This document shows, piece by piece, positions 13,913 to 28,137 of a DNA stretch of 64,000 nucleotides (positions within the stretch are counted from its first letter, which is position 1; each line of letters begins with the position of its first letter). A model generated the notes under the pieces. That model did no database searches. It was not told where the DNA came from and saw nothing but the letters and a program-made list of their open reading frames with translations. Source of the stretch: Eledone cirrhosa (lineage: Eukaryota). The stretch covers positions 35,960,001 to 36,024,000 of the forward strand of contig OZ024754.1 in the NCBI GenBank assembly GCA_964016885.1, given 5' to 3'. A program made the position numbers and the translations under genes.

Positions 13913-15117
13913 TCCCTTGGCGGGATCTGAACTCAAAACGTAGAGGGGCATAACTATATGGCGCAAAGCATAATGTCCGGTGCTCTACTGATTCTGGCAA
14001 TCCCCCTTCACGAGTTGAATAACGATAGACATTTAAGGAAACCTGATCGTCAGGTCAGATGAAGGAAACTACCGTAGTTCCCGGCGCCGAAGACGCTTCG
14101 TCCTCGACAACCAAAAATTTGAAAAGAAATAATCGTTTCTACTTTTGGTACAAGGCCAGCAATTACCCACTGCATTACTGGTACTTTATTTTATCGACCC
14201 CGTAAGGATGAAAGGCAAAGTTAACCTCGGTGGGATGTGAACTCAGAATGGAAAGGGCCGTAACTCTATGCGTCAAAGCATGACGTCCGACCCTCCACCG
14301 ATACAGCCAATCCACCACCCTTGCCAAAAAACCTTCGGCCTCCAGGACGCATGGTAGATTTTTTAGGTTTATTTTAGGGAAAAAGTAGCGCCTTCGACAC
14401 CGGGAAATGTGGTATGATTCCATTGATCAATACATTGCTGGTATTATATGCCAGTGGCAATTTCGGACTAGTGTCAGCACCTCCCTTGTCACACGTGACG
14501 GGATTTGAACACAGGAGGCACAGAGTCGGAACGGTTACCGCAAAAGCATTTAGACTCTTTAGCAATTCAATAATCCAACGCCACTGTGTTGCTACTATAT
14601 TTATCGATCATGGAATGTCGAATTGTAAATCTGATTCCGGCAGGATTTGAACGCGGAACTCAAATAGTTGGAAAAAATATTGCAAAGCATCTTGTACAAA
14701 TCTTTACAATCCTGAGAATCAAATAATGAATAAATAAAAAAGAACACGAAGACAACGACGGCGACAGAAAGAACTATGACAATAACAAAAACGACAACAA
14801 CAACAATAACAATAGCAATAACGATAACAATAACAGAAACAATAACAACAATAACGACAATAACAACAAAGACAACAACAACAACAATAACAACCGGAAA
14901 CAAAATCCTTATCTCTGTCAAGCAAGCCTGCACCTTTTTATTGCAGTCATGAAACTATCTTTGCAAGACGACTTCCTGTCTTTGACTCTACGAGCTTTAG
15001 AACGGGAGACAACTCACGCCTCTCGTTTCCTCTCTCGTTCTCATATTCTATCTCTTTTCCTCCATTCTCTTGTATGTGTGAATATGCACGCGCGTGTGCG
15101 CGCGTGTGTGTGTGTGT

Positions 15118-15312
<195 letters not shown>

Positions 15313-15499
15313 GAAGGAAATGTGGTAAGGAACCAAGTGGACCATAACGCACCAAAGTACTCAATACTTAGGGTAGTAGAGTGGGTAATAGGAACGAGTA
15401 GGACCCCGACGGCTGAGCTCAAGCCGTTTCGATGGCTAGTCCAGAATTACCCGTCGAAACGGCTTGATCTCAGCCGTCGGGGTCCTACTCATTCCTATA

Positions 15500-15602
<103 letters not shown>

Positions 15603-15770
15603 TTATATATATAATTGAATATAAAAGAAAAACGAACAGGGACCAGATTCGTAAGGGACCAGATTCGCTAAGGCGAAAAGAATACTAACTATAGACAATA
15701 GGGTTTGCCAGACTCAATTTAAGAATAAATCAAGAAAGTAAATACAAACCTGAATTGTGGTACCTACCAA

Positions 15771-15850
15771 TCACCCAGACAGCTTTGGTAATGCTGTTTC
15801 GCAAAATTAATTGTGAAGAGGAATACCAATTCTTGCTCATCAGTGGGTGA
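15771..15850 (-). ncRNA. Type I hammerhead ribozyme, canonical core, GUC site
   Basis: Minus strand: tcaccca-CTGATGA-gcaaga…ttttgc-GAAA-cagc(attaccaaa)gctg-TC-tgggtga. Stem I 7 bp, G10.1-C11.1 pair, stem III 5 bp. Confidence 0.88.
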
Positions 15851-16049
15851 AGAATTAGTATCCTGGACACTTCCAAGTATATTAAAAAACTGAATAAAAA
15901 TCTCTTTCCTAGAGCTATTTTATTGTAAGAGACTATTTTGAGTTTCTAACTCAATATATTCCTTTCATATATATATATATATATATATAAGTTAAAACAA
16001 TGAAATAAAAAATCAAGTCATTAGAAATATACTTCACTGCTTTACGATC

Positions 16050-16085
<36 letters not shown>

Positions 16086-16557
16086 ATATGTATATATATA
16101 TATGTGTGTATATTTATATATGTATGACCTGTGTATATTTATATATGTAAGAGATGTCCCCTTAGCCTTTGTCAAGGCAGAATTCTAGGAGAAGGAAAAC
16201 TCTGATATAGCACCTGCAACCCTGATGGTATCCAATGATGTTGACTTGTTCTTCTTTTTGGTAAATATCATCTTGGTTAAGAGAGTGGGACTGGCTTTGT
16301 GCAGTTCCTTTGCTCACTATAAAAGCTTCACGGCACAGGCATTGCTTTATATCTGGAGATCTCTCTGCACTTGTCGTCACATGGTACAATGGGCTCAGCA
16401 CTATGTGTCAATAATTGTCACAAGTGTAGTGTTTGTACCAAGTTTTCAAGTCGCTGGCTGGACTAAAAAGTCACACTCGTTCAGCGCATCAGTAGGGGTT
16501 CTCCTACATGGATATAAAGTAGTGGCCATACTCGAAAACGAGTTGGCAGCCACCATA

Positions 16558-16620
<63 letters not shown>

Positions 16621-16871
16621 ATAAATTAACGGAGGCATAGGCCGTCGTTATTCCCTGTAAATAATGTGCTCAAAGGGGAAGAGATCCTGAGCCCTTTAAA
16701 ATATAATATGTTGAGAAGGTAACACACCAGAGAGAGATATATAGTGCGTTATCAATAATACAGGGAAAGAACCACCAGTGTATGAAATCTATAACCTATG
16801 AAAGGCAGACTATAGACACGATAATTAAAAATATAAATTAAAGCGTAAATAAATACCTCTATAACTATATA

Positions 16872-16952
16872 ACACACGTACAAATCCAAAGATATGTTTC
16901 ACCAAAAAATTTGTTGAAAGAAATGGTCTAGTCTCGGTTCATCAGCGTGTGT
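16872..16952 (-). ncRNA. Type I hammerhead ribozyme, GUA site
   Basis: Minus strand: acacacg-CTGATGA-accgaga…ttttggt-GAAA-ca(tatctttggatt)tg-TA-cgtgtgt. Stem I is 7 bp and perfect. Confidence 0.85.
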
Positions 16953-17228
16953 AAGGCCATACATTTCAGACAACACTAAGAGCATTTTACAATTGACTGT
17001 CCAGCTACACGTGGGAGAAAGAAGTCACAGCGTGTTTAAGGGCAGTGAACCAGTGGCCTCTGAGAGACGAACCTGATTTTTTTACCCCAACTTTCCAGTC
17101 GTAATTTATCTTTCTATCATTTTTACGATCGAAGAAAACAACGTGTACGAATTCTGAAGAAACAAACCATAACAACCAGAGTTACAGTACCTTTTTAATG
17201 TGGCCACGAATGTAAATTAGCGCTTGCA

Positions 17229-17420
17229 GCCCGCCTGATGATGAGCCATATCTCATGCGGTCCGCCTGATGATGAGCCATATCTCATGCGGCCCGCCTGA
17301 TGATGAGCCATATCTCATGTGGCCCGCCTGATGATGAGTCATATCTCATGCTGCCCGCCTGATGATGAGCCATATCTCATGTGGCCCGCCTGATGATGAG
17401 TCATATCTCATGCTGCCCGC
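17229..17420. repeat. 31-bp minisatellite x6 within a hAT-like terminus
   Basis: ccgcctgatgatgagccatatctcatgcggt units at 17231, 17262, 17293, 17324, 17355, 17386; followed by aaaaaggttgccc. Confidence 0.9.
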
Positions 17421-17772
17421 TTCTCGAAAAAGGTTGCCCTGATTTAGTCGCTGAAAGCAATGCTTATAACCCGTTCAAGGGCTTTCTTGTTTGGTAAAAG
17501 GAAGGGAAGGCTGGAAGTATCCTTAAACCAGACATCCAGTCAGAATGTTTGTAACAGAGTTGACCCCCGTTAAAGGCACCCAACGGCCAAAATGGTGATA
17601 ATATAACGGGTGACTGATTAAATAGGTTACGGCGGGGTTTGAATTCAGATCTTGAAGGGCCAAAACGAACTTGCCAGTCCACAGATCTAGATTTATGCTA
17701 TTTAACGACACAAGGAAACAAAAAAAGAAAAGTTGACCTCATCGGGATTTGAAAACGGAGAGCAGGAAGTCG

Positions 17773-18642
17773 GAATAAATGATTATTTCTACTTTAGGCA
17801 CAAGGCCAGCAATTTCAAGGGGGGAGATGAAAGTCGATTGAATCGACGCCAGTGCGTTACTGGTACTTTATTTTATCGACTTCATAAGGATGAAAGGCAA
17901 AATTAAAATTAACTTTGGCGGGATTTGAACTCAGAACGTAAAGGGCCGTAACTTTAAGCTGTGAAGTATGGTATCCGATGCTCTGGCGATACTGTCAATC
18001 CACTGCCCTCAAACAGGAATAAATAATTGTTTCTACTTTTGGCACAAGGCCAGCAATTATTCCAGTGTATTACTGGTACTTTATTTTATCGACCCCGCAA
18101 GGATGAAAGGCAAAGTTAACCTCGGCGGGAATTGAAATCAGATTGTAAAGGGCCGCAACTCTATGCTGTAAATCATGGTGTCAGTCCCTCTGCCACCTTC
18201 AAGGTGGAATAAATAATGATTTCTAGTATAGGCGCAAGGCCAGTAATTGGGGGCGTGGGGGAGTCGATTAAATCGACCCGGTACGTTACTGGTACTTTAT
18301 TTTACCGAGTCCGTAAGGATGAAAGGCAAAATTAACCTCGGCGGAATTTGAACTCAGATCAGATCGTGAAAGGCCGTAACTCTATGCTGCAAATCATGGC
18401 GTCCGACTCTCCACCGATACTGCCAATCCTCCGCCTTCATGCCAGAATAAATAATTGTTTCTACTTTTTGGCACAAGGCCAGCAATTACCCAGTACATTA
18501 CTGGTACTTTATTTTATCGACCCCGTAAGGATGAAAGGCAAAGTTAACCTCGGCGGGATTTGAACTCAGACTGTAAAGGGACGTAACTATGCTAGAAAGC
18601 ATGGCGTCCGACTCTCCACCGATACTGCCAATCCACCGCCCA
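17773..18642 (-). mobile_element. Four head-to-tail Meta-domain SINE copies
   Basis: Copies ~17779-18010, 18022-18196, 18211-18436, 18451-18642, each bordered by gaataaat(a/g)at. Confidence 0.9.
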
Positions 18643-19157
18643 ATCCATGCCAGAATAAATAATACAAGGTTTTCCTCCATGTTTTTGCCAACGAGCCACC
18701 GCTGTCTTAGTAATCGTTTGTGAAAGCCGGTGCCTCTATAGTGATAATAACAACTAATTTCGTTAAGATGTTTCTTCGTCTTTCTCTGACATATCTTCCA
18801 ATTGTTATTAACAACCCCACCTCAGCCATTACACCACACATTAGCCTCTTTTGTTTTCATTTTCTTCACATTTGTTTTACATCAACTTATATAGCCAGAC
18901 AATGTCGTCTGATTCGCGACGACTATTTTCTATACTGGGCTTCTATATCATCTATCAATTTATCATCCATAAAGTAGTCTCTATTATGTATCCAGTATTT
19001 AACATGTCTCTAATCTTCCGGATCATTGCTCTCACCCCTAGCTTCGTCTCTGTTGTTCTGCCATCATTAACAATCATTTCTTCTGCACTTTTCACCCCAG
19101 GTTCATTTCGTTGCATCGATGATTCACCTAGTTTAGCTGTATATGTATATATATATG

Positions 19158-19188
<31 letters not shown>

Positions 19189-19197
19189 TTGTGTGTA

Positions 19198-19242
<45 letters not shown>

Positions 19243-19244
19243 AA

Positions 19245-19275
<31 letters not shown>

Positions 19276-19390
19276 GAAATACGTATACGAATATAAATAC
19301 GTATATATACGTACATATATACATATATATAAGTATATATATGTATAGGTATATATATGTATATATATATATATATATACGTATATATAT

Positions 19391-19427
<37 letters not shown>

Positions 19428-20126
19428 CGTATATATATATATATATAAATCTTATAGCTTCAGATATATTTAACATTATTCAGTTGATTTCTTCCATTTG
19501 TAAATCTGTGAACGAAGTTTTCTCTTTTATTGCTCTGGTTTATTCCATTAAGTTACCAACGGAAATATTGGACATTACTTTTGTTCAGCTTTGACAACAC
19601 ACCACCTTCCTCTCTCTCTTACTCTTTCTCGGACATGGACACACACACATACACACACACACACACAGACACACAGACGCACACAGACGCACATACACAT
19701 AGACAAAGACACATACACACACACACACACACACACAGACATACACACACACACAGAGATACAGACACACACACACACACATACATACACACATATACAC
19801 ACACATACAGACACACACACAGAGACACACAGACATACACAGACACACACATATACACACATATACAGACACAGACACAGCACACACACACACACACACA
19901 GATACAAGCCCAACACAGACACACGCACGCACAAACACGGACACAAACACACACAGAGACAGACACGGGCACACAGGCACACACAGACACAGACACACAC
20001 GTACACCCACTCACACACACACATACATACACACACACACACGTACATACACATACACACACAGACACACACATATGAGCAGAAACACATGCACACATGC
20101 ACATTAAAACAAACACATTCTCTCTC

Positions 20127-20176
<50 letters not shown>

Positions 20177-20953
20177 ACAATCACACACACACACAATTAC
20201 AAACGAGCATATCACCCCGCTCGTTTTCGATCACTTTCTTCTTCTTCTTCTTCTTCTTCTTCTTCTTCTTCTTCTTCTTCTTCTTCTTCTCCTCCTCCTC
20301 CTCCTCCTCCTCCTTCTTCTTCTTCTTCTTCTCACCCTCATCCTCCTTCTTCTTCTTCTTCTTCTTCTACCCCCCCCTAACTCATCCTCCTCCTTCTTCT
20401 TCTCACTTCCAATCATTTCTTCTCTTCTCTAATCTTACAAAATCCTCAATCCTCAACTTCAATGTCCCAAATGTCTACTTTATCATGGGAGTAGATTTTT
20501 GTCTTTTAGTCTCCACTTATTTTCAGCTTCCATTTCCAAGGTGTTATAGCTAGAAAGCCTTTAGTCATGCGACATCCATCAATGTGTATCTCGTGCTGTG
20601 GTAGTCTTTTATTACAGTTCTTCCTCGTAAATTTCCTACAAAGCCTCTGCCTGTATTTATCTAAATGCCCCACAACACAATAGCGTTATTGTATTCTAAC
20701 AAGCTCCCTAGTGTATCTTGTAAACCACCTTGTGAATAAAGTTGTTCTATAATATTTACAAATATTTCACTATAATTGGCTAGCGGATCTAAGGAAAATG
20801 TAAATATATGAGTTCTTTAAAATAAAAGAGCAGTCAATCAGTACTTTATACTTCAGTGGTTTATATGAGATATTTGAGAGAGAACTAGAGAAGTTTATAC
20901 ACTTTACGCCCCGGGTTATCTTCTTTACATCGATGATTTGGAGGAAACATAAT

Positions 20954-21004
20954 AGTACCACTGATGATGTCACAGCTGTGTGACGAAAGAACTTTGATAG
21001 ACTA
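20954..21004 (+). ncRNA. Partly decayed minimal hammerhead
   Basis: CTGATGA-t-gtcac(agctgt)gtgac-GAAA-gaac-TT. Stem I is poorly paired. Confidence 0.5.
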
Positions 21005-21189
21005 TATATATATATATTTATATCTGTAATTTTAACTGTTGGTCAATCAATGATAAACATTGATTGCCAAATAAATTAACTATCAAGATATAAAAGATAC
21101 AGAAGCGAAAACCAATCAAACAGTGAGTGTGTTCCATTATTATTTCTGGCAATATTATAACAATATGACCCTCACCAAGTATAACTATA

Positions 21190-21262
<73 letters not shown>

Positions 21263-21318
21263 GATGTAAAATAAGAAAATTTTAAAAATTAAAAATCAAC
21301 TTACTTACTAAAATTTTC

Positions 21319-21400
21319 ACTCCAACTAATTAGTTTCTGCAAGGGGATAAATATAGTTACGTAATATAACTATAGAGAATTCCTTATGTCATCAGGGAGT
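21319..21400 (-). ncRNA. Hammerhead ribozyme with long stem II and palindromic stem III
   Basis: Minus strand: actcc-CTGATGA-cataagg…tatagtta/taactata…ccttgca-GAAA-ctaattag-TT-ggagt. The base of stem II is imperfect. Confidence 0.68.
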
Positions 21401-21414
21401 CTATTCTCAGCTAA

Positions 21415-21460
<46 letters not shown>

Positions 21461-21468
21461 ATATATAC

Positions 21469-21542
<74 letters not shown>

Positions 21543-21810
21543 GAAGTAATTCCGTCGGAAAGGTCCAGCAAAAAAGAGTGCTCTATGTAGGTAACAGAGC
21601 TTAATAGTTATGTAATAAACAACATAAGGTAATTATTCCATTTACCAGTGGTTTCTTAAAAGAAAAAAATTTAGCTTTCAATCATCAGAATGAAAAAATC
21701 CTGGTGTATTTATTGATATTGGATTCTAAAAACAAAAATGCAATCTATATGAAAGTGAGGTTGGAGAAGGAAGAAGGAAAGGAAAAATAAAATAAAATAA
21801 AAACACACAT

Positions 21811-21845
<35 letters not shown>

Positions 21846-22038
21846 TATATACATACATATATATATATACATACACACATACATACACACACACATATAC
21901 ACATATATATGTGTATATATATACATACACATACATATACACATACATACATACACACATAAATATCAACATATCCATACATACACATACATATATACAA
22001 CCACACACATACATATACACACACATATATATATATAT

Positions 22039-22071
<33 letters not shown>

Positions 22072-23226
22072 TGCATACACATACACATACATAGCCATAC
22101 ACACATACATATACATACATACTACCTACACACAATCATACGTATATACACACGTACATACATACACATACATACACACATATATACATGCATACATATG
22201 CATACACAAAATTAGAAAAATATACACACACCTCTATAGTGATGAAATAGTGAAGTAAACAAGAATAAATGGATAAATTATATTTAACCATATTGTTATA
22301 CTTTGGGAGGGTCATGTTGCCAATAAAAACACACGCACCTGTTGGATTTCACTTCAACTTATTATAGATTTTCGGTTGGTTGGCTGGTTGGTTGGTTAGT
22401 TCAATAACCGGAAGGTTGTTTATATATTGTCAAATATCTTTCGTCACACATTCTGTGGCCTCCTCAGTGACTAGGTTTTTATTTACTAGGTTTTTATACA
22501 CCATCTATTACATTATATTTAACCGTTTTGTTACTAAACCTGAAATAGTTTATATGTATCAAAAACCTTCCACCATAATTTTATATACGAACCTTTGTTA
22601 AGTTATGTTTAAAACGTGGGCTATTGGTCTATGATATAAAGCAGTTTATTTTAAAATGTTTATTTTTCTGTGAAACCATCCATCATAATTTTATGTAGGA
22701 ACATTTGTCAAGCTATATAGCAAACACAAGATAAATAATGACAAAGTTAATTTTATTATTTAATCCGTTTGAGGGCGGTGGATTGGCAGAATCGGTAGAG
22801 AGTCGGACACCATGCTTTGCAGCATGGAGTTACGGTCCTTTGTGGTCTGAGTTCAAATCCCGCCGAGGTTAACTTTGCCTTTCATCCTTACGGAGTCGAT
22901 AAAATAAAGTTCAAGTAATGCACTGGAATAGTTGCTGGCCTTGTGCCAAAGGTAGAAACAATTATTATATTTCTAATGAAAGCTACTAATAATAATCAAA
23001 TAATTTTGAAAATAACCAAGAATTGATTATATTATTATTAAGTTAACACACCTGTTTCACTTCATATGATCACCTGACATGCGCTAGACACCAAGTTCAC
23101 TACATGCGATGTTGTAATATACATAATAGAACAGTTTTACTATGTAAGATAATAGTAACATACTTTGACGCTAAAGTCCGCCTGTTGCAGACTGCGCATC
23201 AACATGAGATATTTTTCTCCACAAAG

Positions 23227-23775
23227 TTCGATCAGCAGCAGCAGAGTTTAAAGAGCAAAGATCAAGTCCAGTCCTTAAATTGACATTATCAAGCCATCAT
23301 TTTGGCTGCCGGCCTCTGCTTCTTTTACCAGCCAACCTTCCTTCCAGGAATATATACCTTTCGATCACCAGCAGCAGAGTTTAAAGAGCAAAGATCAAGT
23401 CAAATCCATAAGTTGACATTATCAAGCCATCATTTTGGCTGCCGGCCTCTGCTTCTCCTACCAGCCAACCTTCCTTCCAGGAATATATACCTTTCGATCA
23501 CCAGCAGCAGAGTTTAAAGAGCAAAGATCAAGTCCAGTCCATAAATTGACATTATCAAGCCATTGTTTTGACTGCCGGCCTCTGCTTCTCCTACCAGCCA
23601 ACCTTCCTTCCAGGCATAACCTACTCACACCACCAGTTGATAATTTTATATGACCGTATAGTTTGAGTACTCTTGACTTGATAATTGATGTAATTGATCT
23701 AAGTCTGGTAATGTTGAGCAGCTCACTGATACAGACACGGTCACTGAGCCGCCAGCTAGTCATAAGTAGTAACAT
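23227..23775 (-). mobile_element. RTE-like LINE C-terminal fragment with tandemly triplicated 133-bp 3' segment
   Basis: IKSRVLKLYGHI…LEGRLAGRRSRGRQSKQWLDNV…DR. Units start at 23227, 23360 and 23493. Confidence 0.8.
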
Positions 23776-23792
23776 ACATCAGACAAATTCTT

Positions 23793-24485
23793 CTTCTTGG
23801 CTCGTAACTCTTAAGGGAGTCGTAGGAACGCCATATTCACATACGGTGTTTCTAAGAGATACGTTGAAAATTTGGCGGAGCCCGTCTCCTCTGCAAGTCT
23901 GAATACAGTAGATTTCTTCCAGAGAATTATTGAAAGTGAGAAAATGGAAATGAGAAAGAGATATAGAGGAAGAATCGACTCCAGTACTAGTCTGGTACTT
24001 TTTCTAACGACCTCGAATTGATAAAAGGTAAAGTTGACCTCACCGGGATTCGAACTCAGAGAGCAGAAAGCCGAAACGAATACCGCAAAGCTTTCTATTC
24101 GACGTTCTAACGACTCGGCCAATTTGCCGCCTCCTGATAAATTGTATGGTCCTGTAACTCCTGATAGAGTTGTAGGGACGCCATATTGATATACGGCGGC
24201 ATTTCTTCGACACTTTAAGCCCGGCGGAGCCCACCCCTTCTCCAAGTCTGAGCACAGCAGATTTCTACCAGAGAAAAATAGAGAGTGAGAGACAGGAAAT
24301 GAGAAAGAGATATAGAGGAAAAATCCACCCCCAGTACTAGACTGGTACATTTTTATCGATCTCGAAATGAGGAAAGGCAAAGTTAACCTCGGTGGGATTT
24401 GAACTCAGAGAGCAGAAAGCCAAAACGAATACCGCAAAGCTTTCTATCCGACATTCTAACGACTCTGCCAATTCGCCACCGCCTG
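23793..24485 (-). mobile_element. Tandem pair of long-tailed Meta-SINE variant (~350 bp each); related copy 61675-61995 (+)
   Basis: Two diverged units, 23793-24135 and 24152-24485, with a shared extended tail (gagaaagagatatagaggaa, ggcggagccc). Confidence 0.75.
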
Positions 24486-25215
24486 ACAAATTATATTTGA
24501 CCAAAATGGTTGGCAATGTGATCGAATCCAAGACCATATGATTGCCAAGTGAACTTCTTAACCACTCTGCCATGCCTGTGTCCTACAACGGATTAGTATA
24601 CATATATATCAAACTTATAGAATTAGACCTGATTTCAGGGTCACATTTTTGTGTGTTCGCTTCAGGGTTCGCTGCTGCATGAGTCAACATTAAATCAATA
24701 ATATTAATAATTATATCTTAATTAGGCATATAAACTTATGTATCTTTCCCATTGCCACTATATAACGCTTCAGTGAAATACAATATCTCGTGCCGTCATC
24801 CACGGATAACACTATAAATAATGTTATTTCAAAATTAAATACTACCCGTATAATTGGCTTCTGCGACCATCACCACTCCACGCCATGTAACGCAATGTTT
24901 TGTCATCATTTGCTCCCCTTTCTTTTCTGCCTTATTACTATCTTTCTAACTTTCTTTTTTGTTTGTTTGTTTCTTTCCTTCCTTCTTTCTTCATTTCTTT
25001 CTTTTGTTTCTCTCTTTCGTTCTTTCTTCTTGTTTAATTTCCCAGTGTTTTCTCCCCCCCCCCCCCGGCCCATCTCACCTCCCCTGAAGTATAAAACACG
25101 TCTGGAAGTTGAGAATACTTCCACTGTATTGCACACGTCACACCAGATATTACTTTAAACATGCTTCAGGCTCGAGAACCATATCTTACAGTTAAACGAC
25201 TTATAAATGTCTATC

Positions 25216-25362
<147 letters not shown>

Positions 25363-25382
25363 TAATTATATATATATATATA

Positions 25383-25426
<44 letters not shown>

Positions 25427-25537
25427 CAGATATGTATGTATATACAGATATCTATATATATTCGTTCTGTCCAATGACCCTGTAACAAACAGGAGAAACT
25501 CCAGAGTAAGAAGACTCACTATTTAGCCGTATTAAAA

Positions 25538-25593
<56 letters not shown>

Positions 25594-25629
25594 AATATAT
25601 ATCCATATATATATAATATGTATGTATAT

Positions 25630-25686
<57 letters not shown>

Positions 25687-25787
25687 ATATGTAAATACAA
25701 GTATATGTATATATAGTTCAAAATAACAATCTCTCTCTCTCTCTCTCTATGTATATATTCATGTGTGTATACATATATATATATATA

Positions 25788-26150
25788 TTGATTTCTTTAT
25801 TAGCCACAAGGGCGCAACAAGAAAGGGGACAATACAAAGACATGCCGGGGATTTTACATACAGTCGTGTAAAAAAATATAAAAACAAACAATTTCAACAA
25901 TCGAAATCCCCAATAGGGGGGAGGCGCCACAAATGGGTTGTTTAATACCCCGTCGATAGAACAACCCTCAACTCAAGGAGCGTGTTGTGCAAGTGCTCCT
26001 TTCTTCCTTTTGCTCTCTTCCTCAACCTACAGGCTTATAAACAGAGAAGGCCCAATCACTCGGGCCATTTTCGCTTCATTCACCCACCTTTCAGAAAATG
26101 TACTGGTGTGCAGTGCCTCTCTCTCCACCCTGATTCTCCTTCTAAAGTGA
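25788..26150 (-). mobile_element. 3' UTR/terminus of a related Tx1-clade LINE
   Basis: Shares blocks with 39465-39830 (ggcccaatcactcgggccatt, caatagggggaggcgcc, tttctttattagccac). Ends in (TA)n. Confidence 0.75.
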
Positions 26151-26689
26151 TACTTAAAGAATGGAATATATATATATATTATTAGATATATTTCGTATAT
26201 CTAATAAATACTCGTATATCCCCTCTAATCTGATCTGATCTGATCTACAATACCAGACTAACTACACAAGTGTTTTCCTCTCGAGAGAATAATTCTTTTC
26301 CATTTCTTTCGTTTCTTACTCTTGTCCATCTTTTTATTTCTCCTATCTCTTATTCTATCTTCAGATGAGGTTTTTCCTTTTTCTATAATGCGTTAAACTA
26401 ATATATATTATCATTTTGTGGATTGGCAGTATCAGTAGAGGTTCAGGCATCATGCTTTCCAGCATAGTTATATATCTACATAGTAATAATAATAATAATA
26501 GTTTCTACTTTTGGCACAAGGCCAGCAATTCCCCAGTGTATTACTGGTACTTTATTTTATCGACCCTGTAAGGATGAAAGGCAAAGTTAACCTCGGCGGG
26601 ATTTGAACTCAGACCATAAAGGGCCGTAACTCTTTGCTGCAAAGCATGGTGTCCGACTCTCTGCCAATACTGCCAATTCACCGCCCTAA

Positions 26690-26746
<57 letters not shown>

Positions 26747-27552
26747 CAACTGGAGAATCCCTTCTTTGAGAAAACTGAATTCAGAGATCCACAGACATGG
26801 AACTGGTTGAAAAGAGGAGACCTTAAAAAGGTTACAGAAGGAATGTTAATGGCTGCGCAGGAGTAGGCCCTCAAAACGAAGTGATTGAAACACCATATTT
26901 ACAAAGAGGAGGCTAGCCCACTGTGCAGGATCTGTGGAGAGAGAGAGGAGACTGTGGCTCACATTGTATCCGACTGTAAACACCTAGCCCAGACTCACTA
27001 TAAGGGCTGGAGACATGATGTGATGGGCAGGGTGATCCACTGGCACCTATGCAAAGTAAACAATTTACCACATTCTGAGAAATGGTATGAGCATAAGCCA
27101 GAGTCGGTGATAGAAAACGATCAGGTGAAGGTGCTGTGGGATTTTAGGATACAGACGGCCAAGAAACTGGAACACAATAGACCTGACCTGGTGGTTGTGG
27201 ACAAAGAAAAAAGATCGTGCCGGATTGTGGATGTGGCCTGCCCATTCGACACGAGAGTGCAAGAGAAGGAGAGGGAGAAAATTAACCGATACCAGGACTT
27301 AAAGTGGGAGGTAAAAAGGATTTGGAACTGCCATGAAGTCAAAGTGGTTCCGATTGTCATAGGCGCACTAGGTACTATCTCAAGGAGTTTCCAGGGATGG
27401 TTAAAGAAGATTAGTCCAGCCCCGCTTTTTGGAACACTTCAAAATGCATGCTTGCTTGGAACAGCAAGAACCCTCCGATACGTCCTGAATATATGAGGCT
27501 GCAGGTAGCAGCTTGATATTCATTTCAACAAACTTTCCAGTTAAATAACATC
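26747..27552 (+). mobile_element. R4/Dong-type (restriction-like endonuclease) LINE, 3' fragment in (TAA)n
   Basis: TWNWLKRGDLKK.TEGMLMAAQE*AL; CRICGEREETVAHIVSDC (CCHC); RHD; WDFRIQT; HNRPDLVVVDK; IVDVACPFD; EKINRYQDL. Two in-frame stops upstream of 26885. (TAA)n on both sides. Confidence 0.9.
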
Positions 27553-27573
27553 AATGACTGAGACTCAAAGAAC

Positions 27574-27632
<59 letters not shown>

Positions 27633-27648
27633 GAAGAAGAAGAAGAAG

Positions 27649-28085
27649 GACTTTAAAAAGAGGGTATGCCTGCTAATTGATATGTCTGTTCCAATAGACA
27701 AGAATGTATCTATAAAAACATTTGAAAAATTGAGCAAGTATAAGGACCTGGAGATAGAAATTGGAAAAATGTTGAAATTGAGAACTAAAATAATACTAGT
27801 GGTTGTATGCGCTCTGGGAATGATACCTAAGGGGTCTAATGATTACTTATCGCAAATCCCAGGAAACCCGCGTATAGGAGAAATACAAAAGATAGTACTA
27901 ATGGGAACTGCCCATATACTAAGGAAGATTCTGTCAATATAAGTACATCACAAGTCTAAACACTAAAGATGCATGTGTGAGTATGTATGTTCTTTCTTGA
28001 ACATGGCGGACCTTGTTGTCTCTTGAGGTCACTGGTTGTGACTTGGTGATAACTCGTATGAACATAAAGCAAGATAAATGCAACT

Positions 28086-28087
<2 letters not shown>
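27649..28087 (+). mobile_element. Second, distinct R4/Dong-type RLE LINE 3' fragment in (TAA)n
   Basis: LLIDMSVPIDKNVSIKTFEKLSKYKDLEIEI…ALGMIPK…GTAHILRKILSI*, then a short 3' UTR and (TAA)n at 28088-28134. Confidence 0.85.

Positions 28088-28137
<50 letters not shown>

Noticed and set aside
14044-14115. GC-rich multi-hairpin segment with cagatgaagg…cgaag resembling a hammerhead
   Set aside because: Core deviates at several invariant positions and stems I and III cannot be formed.
17229-17435. Tandem CTGATGA + hairpin units as a ribozyme array, snoRNA boxes or CRISPR
   Set aside because: No GAAA or stem III per unit and no unique spacers; a simple 31-bp tandem within a hAT-like end.
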